From IMG/VR virus record IMGVR_UViG_3300037516_000306, positions 32,001-96,000 of that record: a stretch of 64,000 nucleotides of DNA; one strand, 5' to 3'. Under the pieces are notes generated by a model. That model saw nothing but the letters and a program-made list of their open reading frames with translations, was not told where the DNA came from and made no database searches. This stretch comes from a virus. Below are positions 29,914-38,156 of the stretch, one piece after another. How positions within the stretch are numbered: the stretch's first letter is position 1; each line of letters starts with the position of its first letter. Both the position numbers and the translations under genes were made by a program.

Positions 29914-30128
29914 GCCACTGTATAATCCAAGGATTAGGTGTGGAGAAAGATGCAACGTATAAATGATATTAGCTTACCCATCGTGGTCCAATAAACAGCT
30001 ATTATCAATGTGCAATTACGTTGTAAAAAGAACTTGCTTTATATAATATCATCTGAGATGAAGAATGCGCTTAGTACTGAGCAAGCAAGCTGTTCATATA
30101 AAACAGGTAGCAGATGATCTTATATAAC
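29914..30128 (+). ncRNA. Candidate structured non-coding RNA
   Basis: Three adjacent stem domains; no credible ORF. Confidence 0.4.
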
Positions 30129-30162
30129 AAACGTTTAAATATTAATCCTTAATAACAAACAA

Positions 30163-30282
30163 ATGAAAAATTCAAAAACTTATGCTATTGTAGCATTATT
30201 ACTTATTGCTCTTGCATTAGAGAGCTGTGCATCACGTTGTGGTCAACAAAGAAGATATTGGTCTAAACATAGAGCAGTATGA
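30163..30282 (+). CDS. 39-aa lipoprotein
   Basis: MKNSKTYAIVALLLIALALESCASRCGQQRRYWSKHRAV; n-region, h-region and lipobox-like LES-C. Confidence 0.65.
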   Translation: MKNSKTYAIVALLLIALALESCASRCGQQRRYWSKHRAV

Positions 30283-30395
30283 TAACGATATGCATCATGC
30301 CTAATTTCAAAGGCACAAGACAGGAACATTGTCAAGCACTATTTATATGTCTATTCTTAGATATGGTATACTTAGTGCCATTATTAATCTTATAA
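30279..30395 (+). CDS. Small membrane protein
   Basis: ATGA overlap; MITICIMPNFKGTRQEHCQALFICLFLDMVYLVPLLIL. Confidence 0.5.
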   Translation: MITICIMPNFKGTRQEHCQALFICLFLDMVYLVPLLIL

Positions 30396-30405
30396 CTTAT
30401 ACATT

Positions 30406-30570
30406 ATGATTACATTGTATATTATTATCACATACCTGGTTAATCTGGGTATGATGATAGCATCATTTAAAGATGCTTCAAGAATATCAGCAGAATCTTG
30501 GTTCGTATTATTTATTAGTCCAATCACATGTCCAATCATCATTGGTATGACAATAGCAGATAAAGAATAA
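30406..30570 (+). CDS. Small two-TM membrane protein
   Basis: MITLYIIITYLVNLGMMIAS...WFVLFISPITCPIIIGM; TAATG overlap with next gene. Confidence 0.6.
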   Translation: MITLYIIITYLVNLGMMIASFKDASRISAESWFVLFISPITCPIIIGMTIADKE

Positions 30571-30785
30571 TGAGTGAGTCAAGTAGAATACTAGTAGAAC
30601 TTGTAGAAGCTCAGGAGAGTGCATTACAAACAGCAAATGAGTTGTTAACTGTAAAAGATGAACTAATAGAACTATTACAAGATGAGATTACATTACGTAA
30701 GAAACAAAATGTTGCTCTATGTGGTGTAATGATAACATGTTTTGTTGTATTTGGATTTATCGCTTCAATATATCGTATATTATGA
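30570..30785 (+). CDS. Coiled-coil protein with C-terminal TM
   Basis: ORF track; hydrophobic C-terminus. Confidence 0.6.
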   Translation: MSESSRILVELVEAQESALQTANELLTVKDELIELLQDEITLRKKQNVALCGVMITCFVVFGFIASIYRIL

Positions 30786-30937
30786 GACGTAGAATACAGA
30801 GAGGCACATTAGTTGGTTCAACTGACAGGTTTAGAGCAATCAAGTCTAGAAGAATGATTGTTGAAGTGTTATATAATTTCAGACATGGGATTATAAAAGA
30901 ACGTACAATAGATGTACGAGAAAGTATTGAACAGTAA
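30782..30937 (+). CDS. Small basic protein
   Basis: ATGA-coupled start at 30782 (MRRRIQRG...). Confidence 0.5.
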   Translation: MRRRIQRGTLVGSTDRFRAIKSRRMIVEVLYNFRHGIIKERTIDVRESIEQ

Positions 30938-30954
30938 ATAATTTGGTTAATTGT

Positions 30955-30993
30955 TTGTTTTATTTATCCCTGTAGATTATATTTGCAGGGATA
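30955..30993 (+). promoter_or_regulatory. Promoter embedded in a hairpin, upstream of tmRNA
   Basis: TTTG-N19-TATATTTG; hairpin TATCCCTGTAGAT/ATTTGCAGGGATA. Confidence 0.6.
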
Positions 30994-31105
30994 TTTATTA
31001 AAAAGGTGCTTGTAACTAATCTTACAAATGATTATATGTCGTACAAGCTAAGTACTATTCGTGAAGCCTTAGTGGTCTTGCATCCACATTAAACTTGCAA
31101 GATTT

Positions 31106-31430
31106 GGGGGTGACTGGTTTTGACAGGTTACCAATAATTAGTACAATCAGCCAGAGAGATAACTGTAAACTAAGGTGAATTGATTAAATGGCAAAAACAC
31201 AAGTCGTGTAGTGTCTCTAGGAGATAACGCACAAGTAGAAGCTAACATGAACAAAGTATTCTCTCTATTGGGAGAAGAAGTTGCTGTAGCAGCCTAAATT
31301 AATGAGATTTCTCTATTAGATTAAATAGAGTGGTGGATTATCTCAAGCCTAGCTTGACCCTAAATAAGCTGTATAAATTGTATTAATGAACGTAGTTTGG
31401 ACAGGAGTTCGACTCTCCTCACCTCCACAA
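31106..31430 (+). ncRNA. ssrA: tmRNA, tag GKNTSRVVSLGDNAQVEANMNKVFSLLGEEVAVAA (31190-31297)
   Basis: 5' GGGGGTGACTGGTTTTGAC; 3' GGAC-AGGAG-TTCGACT-CTCCT-CACCTCCA; acceptor stem with G3:U70; TAAAT-GGC resume context; tag ends AA-stop; helix 2 TTAGTACAAT/ATTGTATTAA. Confidence 0.93.
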
Positions 31431-31431
31431 T

Positions 31432-31460
31432 AAGCCTCTGTAACAAGAGGCTTTTTTATT
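31432..31460 (+). terminator. tmRNA terminator
   Basis: AAGCCTCT-GTAACA-AGAGGCTT followed by TTTT. Confidence 0.85.
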
Positions 31461-31485
31461 TATAAATCCTTAATAATTAAAAAAC

Positions 31486-31632
31486 ATGAAGACAATCACA
31501 TTAAAACCAACTGAGTTCTATCAGTTCAGACAATTAGCATTTGCAATGAGTATTGCATTTGCATGTACAATAGCACAAGGTGTGTATATTGTAGAAGCCA
31601 ATATAGACCAACTTAAACAGTTGGGTTATTAA
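31486..31632 (+). CDS. Small hypothetical protein
   Basis: MKTITLKPTEFYQFRQLA...LKQLGY; A-rich leader; hairpin at 31646-31665 downstream. Confidence 0.6.
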   Translation: MKTITLKPTEFYQFRQLAFAMSIAFACTIAQGVYIVEANIDQLKQLGY

Positions 31633-31694
31633 GGAGGAGAATTATGGGCTCTGTAACAGGAGCCCTTATTCTTTAATCTAAAGCAAATAATATT

Positions 31695-31841
31695 ATGGTA
31701 GATATATCAATTATTGAACAGTTAGGATTAACTGATGACCAAGTACGTAATATTGTACTAGAGTGGTATACAAATGGTATGTGTTCTTGCATTTTTCAAA
31801 ATGAAGAAGGAGAAGACCTAGAAGAATATCTTGAACAATGA
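31695..31841 (+). CDS. Small acidic protein
   Basis: MVDISIIEQLG...; ATGA overlap with next gene. Confidence 0.5.
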   Translation: MVDISIIEQLGLTDDQVRNIVLEWYTNGMCSCIFQNEEGEDLEEYLEQ

Positions 31842-31963
31842 AACAACTAATCATTAAACATAAGAAACCTATAGTGATAATTATAGGTCTTATAGCATTG
31901 AATCTATATTTTGGCTTTGATGCCAGATTTACAATCATTAACTTATTATGGTTATTATTATAA
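31838..31963 (+). CDS. Small membrane protein
   Basis: MKQLIIKHKKPIVIIIGLIALNLYFGFDARFTIINLLWLLL. Confidence 0.55.
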   Translation: MKQLIIKHKKPIVIIIGLIALNLYFGFDARFTIINLLWLLL

Positions 31964-31981
31964 ACAATAAAAAATAAAACT

Positions 31982-32224
31982 ATGGAAAAAGAAATCACAA
32001 AGAAAAGAATGATGAAAAGAAAAAAAGGTAGAGCTATAAGAGAAGCTTTAGAACAATTAAACATAGGAGAAGGATTTAATAAACAACAATTCATTGTATC
32101 TGTATGGGGAGATGTTGATTATTTCTTAGAGCGTGCTTTTGATGCTATGTTCTGTGAAATTAAAAAAGAGTTTGCTGATAGAAAATTTAAATCTATAAAG
32201 AAAGTAGTAACTAGAATATCATGA
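31982..32224 (+). CDS. Hypothetical basic protein
   Basis: ORF track. Confidence 0.6.
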   Translation: MEKEITKKRMMKRKKGRAIREALEQLNIGEGFNKQQFIVSVWGDVDYFLERAFDAMFCEIKKEFADRKFKSIKKVVTRIS

Positions 32225-32481
32225 ACAAGAAAGAAAGAATCTTATTTCACAAAATAGCAGCATTAACTAATCTATTGATAATGGAATTAGATGAGATGAA
32301 ACCAACAGCAGAGATTGGTGCAAACATGCATCAGAAAGCTAAAGAGTTCATTAATACATTAGAACCATTCATTGAAGCAACATTTGATAGTGAACAAATA
32401 AAGAATGGTACATATCTAATAGATCTGTGTCACAAGGTTGATACAGTGATAAGAAAGAATTACGAACTAATAACAGATTAG
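32221..32481 (+). CDS. Hypothetical protein
   Basis: ATGA-coupled. Confidence 0.6.
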   Translation: MNKKERILFHKIAALTNLLIMELDEMKPTAEIGANMHQKAKEFINTLEPFIEATFDSEQIKNGTYLIDLCHKVDTVIRKNYELITD

Positions 32482-32483
32482 CA

Positions 32484-32864
32484 ATGAAAAAACTATTATT
32501 AGGAGCTCTACTACTATTGAGCACATTAATGTTCTCTCAATCAGAGACATTTGTTAAGAAATACACCTCTATGGTGTCAAAGAAAGAAGGTGTATTACAA
32601 CCATGGGAACAAGTGGATGTAACTGTTGTATTCAATGCTAAAGGAGGAAAAGATATAGTGTTTTATTATACTAATGGTAATACACGTTCATTTCATCAGA
32701 TCAGTTCAGTTACACAAAGTAAAACTGAAAATGGTCAAGGTTATCAATTCATTGACTGTGTTGATCAAGATGGTACTAAGGTTGGTATACAGCTATTTGA
32801 TGATGACACATGTTTAAGAATATTGATAGCTAAAGGCTATATGGTTGAATTTCATAACGATTAA
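32484..32864 (+). CDS. Secreted/periplasmic protein
   Basis: Sec signal MKKLLLGALLLLSTLMFS followed by Q, as in the Bacteroidota Q-rule. Confidence 0.7.
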   Translation: MKKLLLGALLLLSTLMFSQSETFVKKYTSMVSKKEGVLQPWEQVDVTVVFNAKGGKDIVFYYTNGNTRSFHQISSVTQSKTENGQGYQFIDCVDQDGTKVGIQLFDDDTCLRILIAKGYMVEFHND

Positions 32865-32871
32865 AAGAACT

Positions 32872-33105
32872 ATGAAAAAACAAACATTAAGACTATATAT
32901 CGATGATATACTTCTAGAGGTTACAGGATATTACATTCCAGAAGAACCAACAGAATGGTATGATGATAACATGAGTGGTCATCCAGGATATGCTGCTGAT
33001 TTTGAAATAGAATCAGTAAAGGTAGAAGGAATAGATATACTTCAAATCATTAGTAGTGAAGTATACAGTGAAATAATAAAAAAATCAATAGAACAACAAT
33101 CATGA
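32872..33105 (+). CDS. Hypothetical protein
   Basis: Start reassigned to ATG 32872. Confidence 0.6.
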   Translation: MKKQTLRLYIDDILLEVTGYYIPEEPTEWYDDNMSGHPGYAADFEIESVKVEGIDILQIISSEVYSEIIKKSIEQQS

Positions 33106-33335
33106 AAATAGAAAACGGAAAATGGGTAGACCAATATGGTGACCCTGTAACAGTATTTACTTATGATAAGATGAGAGAGATTGGAGACAATCTTGTAAAC
33201 TTATATGGTGAAGATATCACCTATAGTAGAATCAATTTGATATCTACTATCAAAACTCTTACACCTAAACAAGAAGATGATCTTGCTTATGTATTGAGTC
33301 AAGATGGTGCAATATCTAGATTAGCAGGCTATTAA
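33102..33335 (+). CDS. Hypothetical protein
   Basis: ATGA-coupled. Confidence 0.6.
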   Translation: MKIENGKWVDQYGDPVTVFTYDKMREIGDNLVNLYGEDITYSRINLISTIKTLTPKQEDDLAYVLSQDGAISRLAGY

Positions 33336-33354
33336 TCATTAAAACAAACAAACA

Positions 33355-33711
33355 ATGGCAAAATTAAACGAAGAAATCCAGAAAGTAATTGATAACGCTA
33401 GTGATGTGTTATACAGAGAAGAAATCTATATCAATGATAGACATGAATATGATTATCATAAGCTACAAGCTACACCAGATGTAACAGTTCATACACTATA
33501 TTTTAGTGATGATGATTCATGGGCAGAGCATATCAAGAAACAAGTTGCAATGCAATTAGTAGATGATGGTAATGGTGTAGAGATCATTGGTGCTTGTAAT
33601 AAAAAACACATTAGTTATCTAGAAGCTGAACAATTACATATATTGTTAAGACTGTCTAGTTCACACAGTGTATATCAAATCACTGAACCTGCAGTTAAAA
33701 AAGAGTTCTAA
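33355..33711 (+). CDS. Hypothetical protein
   Basis: ORF track; A-rich leader. Confidence 0.65.
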   Translation: MAKLNEEIQKVIDNASDVLYREEIYINDRHEYDYHKLQATPDVTVHTLYFSDDDSWAEHIKKQVAMQLVDDGNGVEIIGACNKKHISYLEAEQLHILLRLSSSHSVYQITEPAVKKEF

Positions 33712-34175
33712 TGTGGTATCCAGCAGAAATATCATTATCAAGCTACATGCCTCCAGAATTGGAGGTAGGTATGCTTTTCATCAATAGAATATCTGTTGGT
33801 GTGATAGAACCATACATTGAGCTCTTTGAGCTTGAAGAGGTTCCTGAAGATGCTGATGTATTTATGTCCAAACATGGTGCACCTGTACAATTAGTAATCA
33901 ATGATGATGAAGCAAATATAATTGCTACACATAATCAAATAGGTTGGTGGGATGATGGAGATGATACAGATGAATATAGAGATGTCACACTAGATGATAT
34001 AAATTATATATTTAGAGAACTTGATGGTTATGTTGATATTGAAATGGATGAGTATGGTGCATTTTTAGTAGAAGATAGAATAGTTTTATCACTTGTAGAT
34101 GAATACTATTATGATTATGAAGATCCTGATGAGATATGGGATGAAACATTAAACGATGGACTAGAAGAATTATGA
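33711..34175 (+). CDS. Hypothetical acidic protein
   Basis: TAATG-coupled. Confidence 0.65.
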   Translation: MWYPAEISLSSYMPPELEVGMLFINRISVGVIEPYIELFELEEVPEDADVFMSKHGAPVQLVINDDEANIIATHNQIGWWDDGDDTDEYRDVTLDDINYIFRELDGYVDIEMDEYGAFLVEDRIVLSLVDEYYYDYEDPDEIWDETLNDGLEEL

Positions 34176-34414
34176 TATCAGAGAAAAGATTCAAAGATGA
34201 AAGACTAATTGCATACAGTGCAATAGATAAGATTAAATCAGCTGCTAAAGTAATACCATCAGATGATCCAACACATAAGAACGGTGTTAACTATCTTATA
34301 TCAAAGAAAGAGTATCATGCTATTATTGAGACTGTGTTTGAACAGAGATGTGCTAAACATATGAATCGAGAATCTATTAGACAGTTTATTGACAAACAAT
34401 TGAAAAAGTTGTAA
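34172..34414 (+). CDS. Hypothetical protein
   Basis: ATGA-coupled. Confidence 0.6.
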   Translation: MISEKRFKDERLIAYSAIDKIKSAAKVIPSDDPTHKNGVNYLISKKEYHAIIETVFEQRCAKHMNRESIRQFIDKQLKKL

Positions 34415-34419
34415 CCAAA

Positions 34420-34455
34420 TTTGTTAGAATAATATAACTATTTTAATTATCTTTG
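34420..34455 (+). promoter_or_regulatory. Bacteroidota-type promoter for replication operon
   Basis: TATCTTTG at 34448-34455 with TTTG/TTAG upstream. Confidence 0.6.
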
Positions 34456-34461
34456 TAGGCT

Positions 34462-34659
34462 ATGAAATTTATAAATTATTTAGTAAGATGGATATCAAAT
34501 AATCTCGCTATTCCTTTCTGGATGGTGGGACATATCCATCTTACTACTAACGTATATGAGGACATATATGAGATAATAGCTTCATTTGGAATGAATATTA
34601 TTGTAGCAATTGGCTTTTGGCTAGATTGGAGAGACCACAAAAACACAACAAGACAATGA
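34462..34659 (+). CDS. Small two-TM membrane protein
   Basis: Two hydrophobic segments; ATGA overlap with polB. Confidence 0.6.
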   Translation: MKFINYLVRWISNNLAIPFWMVGHIHLTTNVYEDIYEIIASFGMNIIVAIGFWLDWRDHKNTTRQ

Positions 34660-36620
34660 AAGATAACGTAATTATTTATGACATAGAAACCATGCAAGAA
34701 CTATTCTTAGTTGTATGTATGGTGCCTGGTAAAGCTGGTAAGAGCTTTCAAGTATCTAAATGGAAGAACGAACTAGATAAGTTTGTTAGATACACAGAAG
34801 CTAATGCTGATGCTTATTGGGTAGGATATAATAATCTACGCTTTGATAGTCAAGTTGTTGAATGGATCTTAAGAAACTGTGACAACTGGCATGAACTATC
34901 TAATCTAGAGATCACTGCTAGAATAGCACAGAAAGCTGCTGATGTTATCCATGATGCTAACTATGATGTATTCCCAGAATACAGAGAGCACGAGCTATCA
35001 TTGAAACAACTTGATTTGTTTAAGATACATCATTATGATAATAAGAATCGTATGGTGTCATTAAAAAGATTAGAGTTTGAGATGGACCTAGAGAACATTG
35101 AAGAGATGCCTATACATCACACCAAGACTAACATGACCAAGGAAGAGATAGAACTCACAATTGATTATTGTTATAATGATGTTGATGCTACATATGAATT
35201 CTACAAGATAACTATAGGTAAGACTGATCACCCATTATACAAGGGTAACAATCAAATAGAGCTGAGACAAGATATTGAAGCTGAGTTTGGTATACCCTGT
35301 CTGAACTATTCAGATAGTAAGATAGGTGATGAGATGATTAAGAAGTATTACTGTTCTGAGAAAGGAATAGACTACAGAGAGCTTCCTAAGAAAGGATATT
35401 TCAGGAAGAGTATTAACGTAAAGAATTGTATTGCTAAGTATGTAACATTTGAAACTGATCAACTAAAAGATTTCTTGAAGAAGATTACAAAGATGCAGCT
35501 TGGCTTACAAGATGATTTCAAAGAGCATATAGATTTCTATGGAAATGTATATTCTTTTATGAAAGGTGGTCTTCATACAGAGAACAAACCATATGTGTTT
35601 GAAGCTGATGAAGAGTGTGAGATAATCGATTGGGATGTGTCTAGTTACTATCCAGCTATCATCATCAACAATGGGCAGTTTCCTGCTCATTTAGGTAAAG
35701 AATTCCTTAGGGGATACAAACAGATGTTTGATAAGAGATTGGAGCTTAAACCGCTTGCAAAGAAAGATAAAAAGATTAAGGGAATTGTAGGAGCTCTTAA
35801 ACTTGCAGTTAACTCTGTGTATGGTAAATCATCTGATATGCTAAATTGGATCTATGATAGGCAATTAACTATGTTCACCACTATAACTGGTGAGCTTAGC
35901 TTGATGATGCTTATTGAAAAATATGAAACCAATGGCATACATGTGATCTCTGCAAACACAGATGGTGTAACTATCAAGATTAAGAAAGAACTCATTCCCT
36001 TAATGCATGATATCAATGCATGGTGGTGTGACATAACTCAATATGAGTTGGAGAGAACAGACTACTCTAAGATTATCTTTAGTACTGTTAATGATTACTT
36101 AGCAATTATGACCAATGGTGAAATTAAGAAAAAAGGTGATTTCCTTACTGACTTTGAGTTACACAAGAATAAATCAGCACGAGTGGTTCCGATTGCTCTT
36201 GAGCAGTGGTTTGTTCATGGTGTACCTGTTGATGTTACGATACGTAATCATCAAAATCTATATGACTTTTGTCTAAGACAAAAAGCAACCAGAAGCTTCC
36301 ATTATGAAGGTACTGATAGAATAACAGGAGAAGTTACAGTGTATGATAAGTTAATTCGTTATTATATATCTAACCATGGTAAAAAGATACTAAAGATAAA
36401 GAATGCTGAGTGTCAGACTAGAGCTGCTGCTGTGAGCCAAGTGGAAGCTGGTGAATGGTTAGCAACAGTTTGTAACTACTTACCAAAAGGTAGTGTTGTT
36501 GATAATGTAAATTATAATTACTATATTGAGAAAGCCAACAGAATCATTACAAAGATTCAGACTGAGGGTAAGAGAATTAAAACAGTATATATTCCTAATC
36601 AATTAAATCTATTTGAATGA
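34656..36620 (+). CDS. polB: Family B DNA polymerase with 3'-5' exonuclease
   Basis: ExoI YDIET, ExoII GYNNLRFD, ExoIII YCYND; DWDVSSYYP, KLAVNSVYGK and ANTDG; start likely 34656. Confidence 0.93.
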   Translation: MKDNVIIYDIETMQELFLVVCMVPGKAGKSFQVSKWKNELDKFVRYTEANADAYWVGYNNLRFDSQVVEWILRNCDNWHELSNLEITARIAQKAADVIHDANYDVFPEYREHELSLKQLDLFKIHHYDNKNRMVSLKRLEFEMDLENIEEMPIHHTKTNMTKEEIELTIDYCYNDVDATYEFYKITIGKTDHPLYKGNNQIELRQDIEAEFGIPCLNYSDSKIGDEMIKKYYCSEKGIDYRELPKKGYFRKSINVKNCIAKYVTFETDQLKDFLKKITKMQLGLQDDFKEHIDFYGNVYSFMKGGLHTENKPYVFEADEECEIIDWDVSSYYPAIIINNGQFPAHLGKEFLRGYKQMFDKRLELKPLAKKDKKIKGIVGALKLAVNSVYGKSSDMLNWIYDRQLTMFTTITGELSLMMLIEKYETNGIHVISANTDGVTIKIKKELIPLMHDINAWWCDITQYELERTDYSKIIFSTVNDYLAIMTNGEIKKKGDFLTDFELHKNKSARVVPIALEQWFVHGVPVDVTIRNHQNLYDFCLRQKATRSFHYEGTDRITGEVTVYDKLIRYYISNHGKKILKIKNAECQTRAAAVSQVEAGEWLATVCNYLPKGSVVDNVNYNYYIEKANRIITKIQTEGKRIKTVYIPNQLNLFE

Positions 36621-36883
36621 AAGCTAAAGTAAATCGTACAAACATCTCTGAGCATCTAGTTCAATACCAATTAAAAATGATTGGTAAAACAATGTTAGAT
36701 GTTGAGGGTGATGAAGAGTGGTATACAAACAATACCATGACACAAGAACAACATGAGGAATTCAAGCGTTATGCTATTCCTCTATTAAAGAAGATTTTTA
36801 AATTTAACAAAGGGAAGGCTGAAGAAACATTTGGTTGGTTCAACCTACAGTTTGGCCTTCGCATTAAAAAAGAAGAATTATGA
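36617..36883 (+). CDS. Hypothetical protein
   Basis: ATGA-coupled. Confidence 0.65.
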   Translation: MKAKVNRTNISEHLVQYQLKMIGKTMLDVEGDEEWYTNNTMTQEQHEEFKRYAIPLLKKIFKFNKGKAEETFGWFNLQFGLRIKKEEL

Positions 36884-37152
36884 ATGTATTTATTATTATT
36901 ATCTGTGTAGCTGTTATTGCAGTGGCTGTGTTATATTTCTCAGCAAAGAATGCTCAAGAGATTAAAGAAGAAGAACCTAGATTTCAACCTAGAAAGGTGT
37001 CTTACATCCCTAAGAAAGATGTTATTGATTCTACAGACAAGCCTAAGAGAAAGTATTACAAGAAGAGAAACAAGAAGAAGAAACCAACTGTTGCAGATAA
37101 TGCAACACCTGTTGAGAAAAGACCTGTTGGAAGACCTAGAAAAACTGAATAG
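36880..37152 (+). CDS. Membrane-anchored basic protein with AT-hook-like motif
   Basis: N-terminal TM; C-terminal KRPVGRPRK. Confidence 0.6.
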   Translation: MNVFIIIICVAVIAVAVLYFSAKNAQEIKEEEPRFQPRKVSYIPKKDVIDSTDKPKRKYYKKRNKKKKPTVADNATPVEKRPVGRPRKTE

Positions 37153-37367
37153 TGGACTGGGGAATAGAAGATTGGGAATATCCCAATGACCACATCTATG
37201 CTATAGAAAGACAGAAAGATGTTGAAGCTTCTTGGCAACAGTGGGAGGAAGAGCAGATGTCTAAGAATAGACTACCTGCAATTATTAAAATACAAACACC
37301 AATATTAAACGATGAAGCTAGCTGTAACACCAGAACAGTTCGAAGAGCTCATCAAGAGAGGTTATAA
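37152..37367 (+). CDS. Hypothetical protein
   Basis: GTG start coupled to previous stop. Confidence 0.45.
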   Translation: MDWGIEDWEYPNDHIYAIERQKDVEASWQQWEEEQMSKNRLPAIIKIQTPILNDEASCNTRTVRRAHQERL

Positions 37368-37941
37368 TTTAGATGTTATATTCTTATTGAAGTTGATAGA
37401 CGAGCAGTATGATGTTTCTCCACTATGTGAGGGAAGTATGAAGATTGCTTCTGTCTATCAAACTTTGATAAGGAAAGCACTGATAACCAACACTGATGAA
37501 AAGCTCACAACATTAGGTAGAGACCTATTAGAATTCATGAATGCTAAAAGTACAGGAAGACTGATAAAGAGAAAACCTGCAACTACAGACTTTGAAGAGT
37601 GGTGGAAGAACTACCCAGGTACTGATTCATTTGAGTATAAAGGTAAAACATTTAAAGGTACCAGAGCTATTAGAAAAGGTAAAGATGAATGTAGACTTAA
37701 GTTTGATAAGATTATACTGGAGGGAGAATATACAGCTCAACAGCTTATAGCTGCTCTTGAATATGAACTCTTGCAGAAGAAAGAATCTTCTATTGTTAAT
37801 AATGATAATAGAATGACATTCATGCAGAACAGTGTAACTTATTTAAATCAGAGAGCTTTTGAGGCTTACATAGAACTAATTAATGAAGGAGCTAAGGTAG
37901 ACATAGCACCACAGAAACCAAGAGGAGGTACAGACATATGA
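37312..37941 (+). CDS. Putative replication initiator/helicase loader
   Basis: wHTH-like N-terminus, FEEWWKNYP motif, upstream of DnaB. Confidence 0.55.
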   Translation: MKLAVTPEQFEELIKRGYNLDVIFLLKLIDEQYDVSPLCEGSMKIASVYQTLIRKALITNTDEKLTTLGRDLLEFMNAKSTGRLIKRKPATTDFEEWWKNYPGTDSFEYKGKTFKGTRAIRKGKDECRLKFDKIILEGEYTAQQLIAALEYELLQKKESSIVNNDNRMTFMQNSVTYLNQRAFEAYIELINEGAKVDIAPQKPRGGTDI

Positions 37942-38156
37942 AACAACGAGTTATTACATTTGATGATAGAACAGTTGAACTGTATGATGAATTAGAACTA
38001 AAAGATGCACCAGACATTTACATTTATGAAGATGGATGTGGTTATGAGCCAAAAGGAGTTTTTACTGAGTATGAGTCATTAAAAGAAGCTATGAAAGAAA
38101 ATCGTAGATCAAGAATAAGTAGATATCCATCTAAAAACATAAACAATGAGTTTTGA
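37938..38156 (+). CDS. Hypothetical protein
   Basis: ATGA-coupled. Confidence 0.55.
   Translation: MKQRVITFDDRTVELYDELELKDAPDIYIYEDGCGYEPKGVFTEYESLKEAMKENRRSRISRYPSKNINNEF

Noticed and set aside
30050-30118. Hammerhead ribozyme
   Set aside because: CTGAGATGA does not match CUGANGA and there is no GAAA/NUH core; kept only as an unknown structure
31399-31430. Stand-alone tRNA
   Set aside because: This T-arm and acceptor strand pair with 31106-31112 and belong to the tmRNA; no other cloverleaf was found by eye
23840-36620. Introns or inteins in terL or polB
   Set aside because: Both ORFs are continuous and of normal length, with no intein motifs
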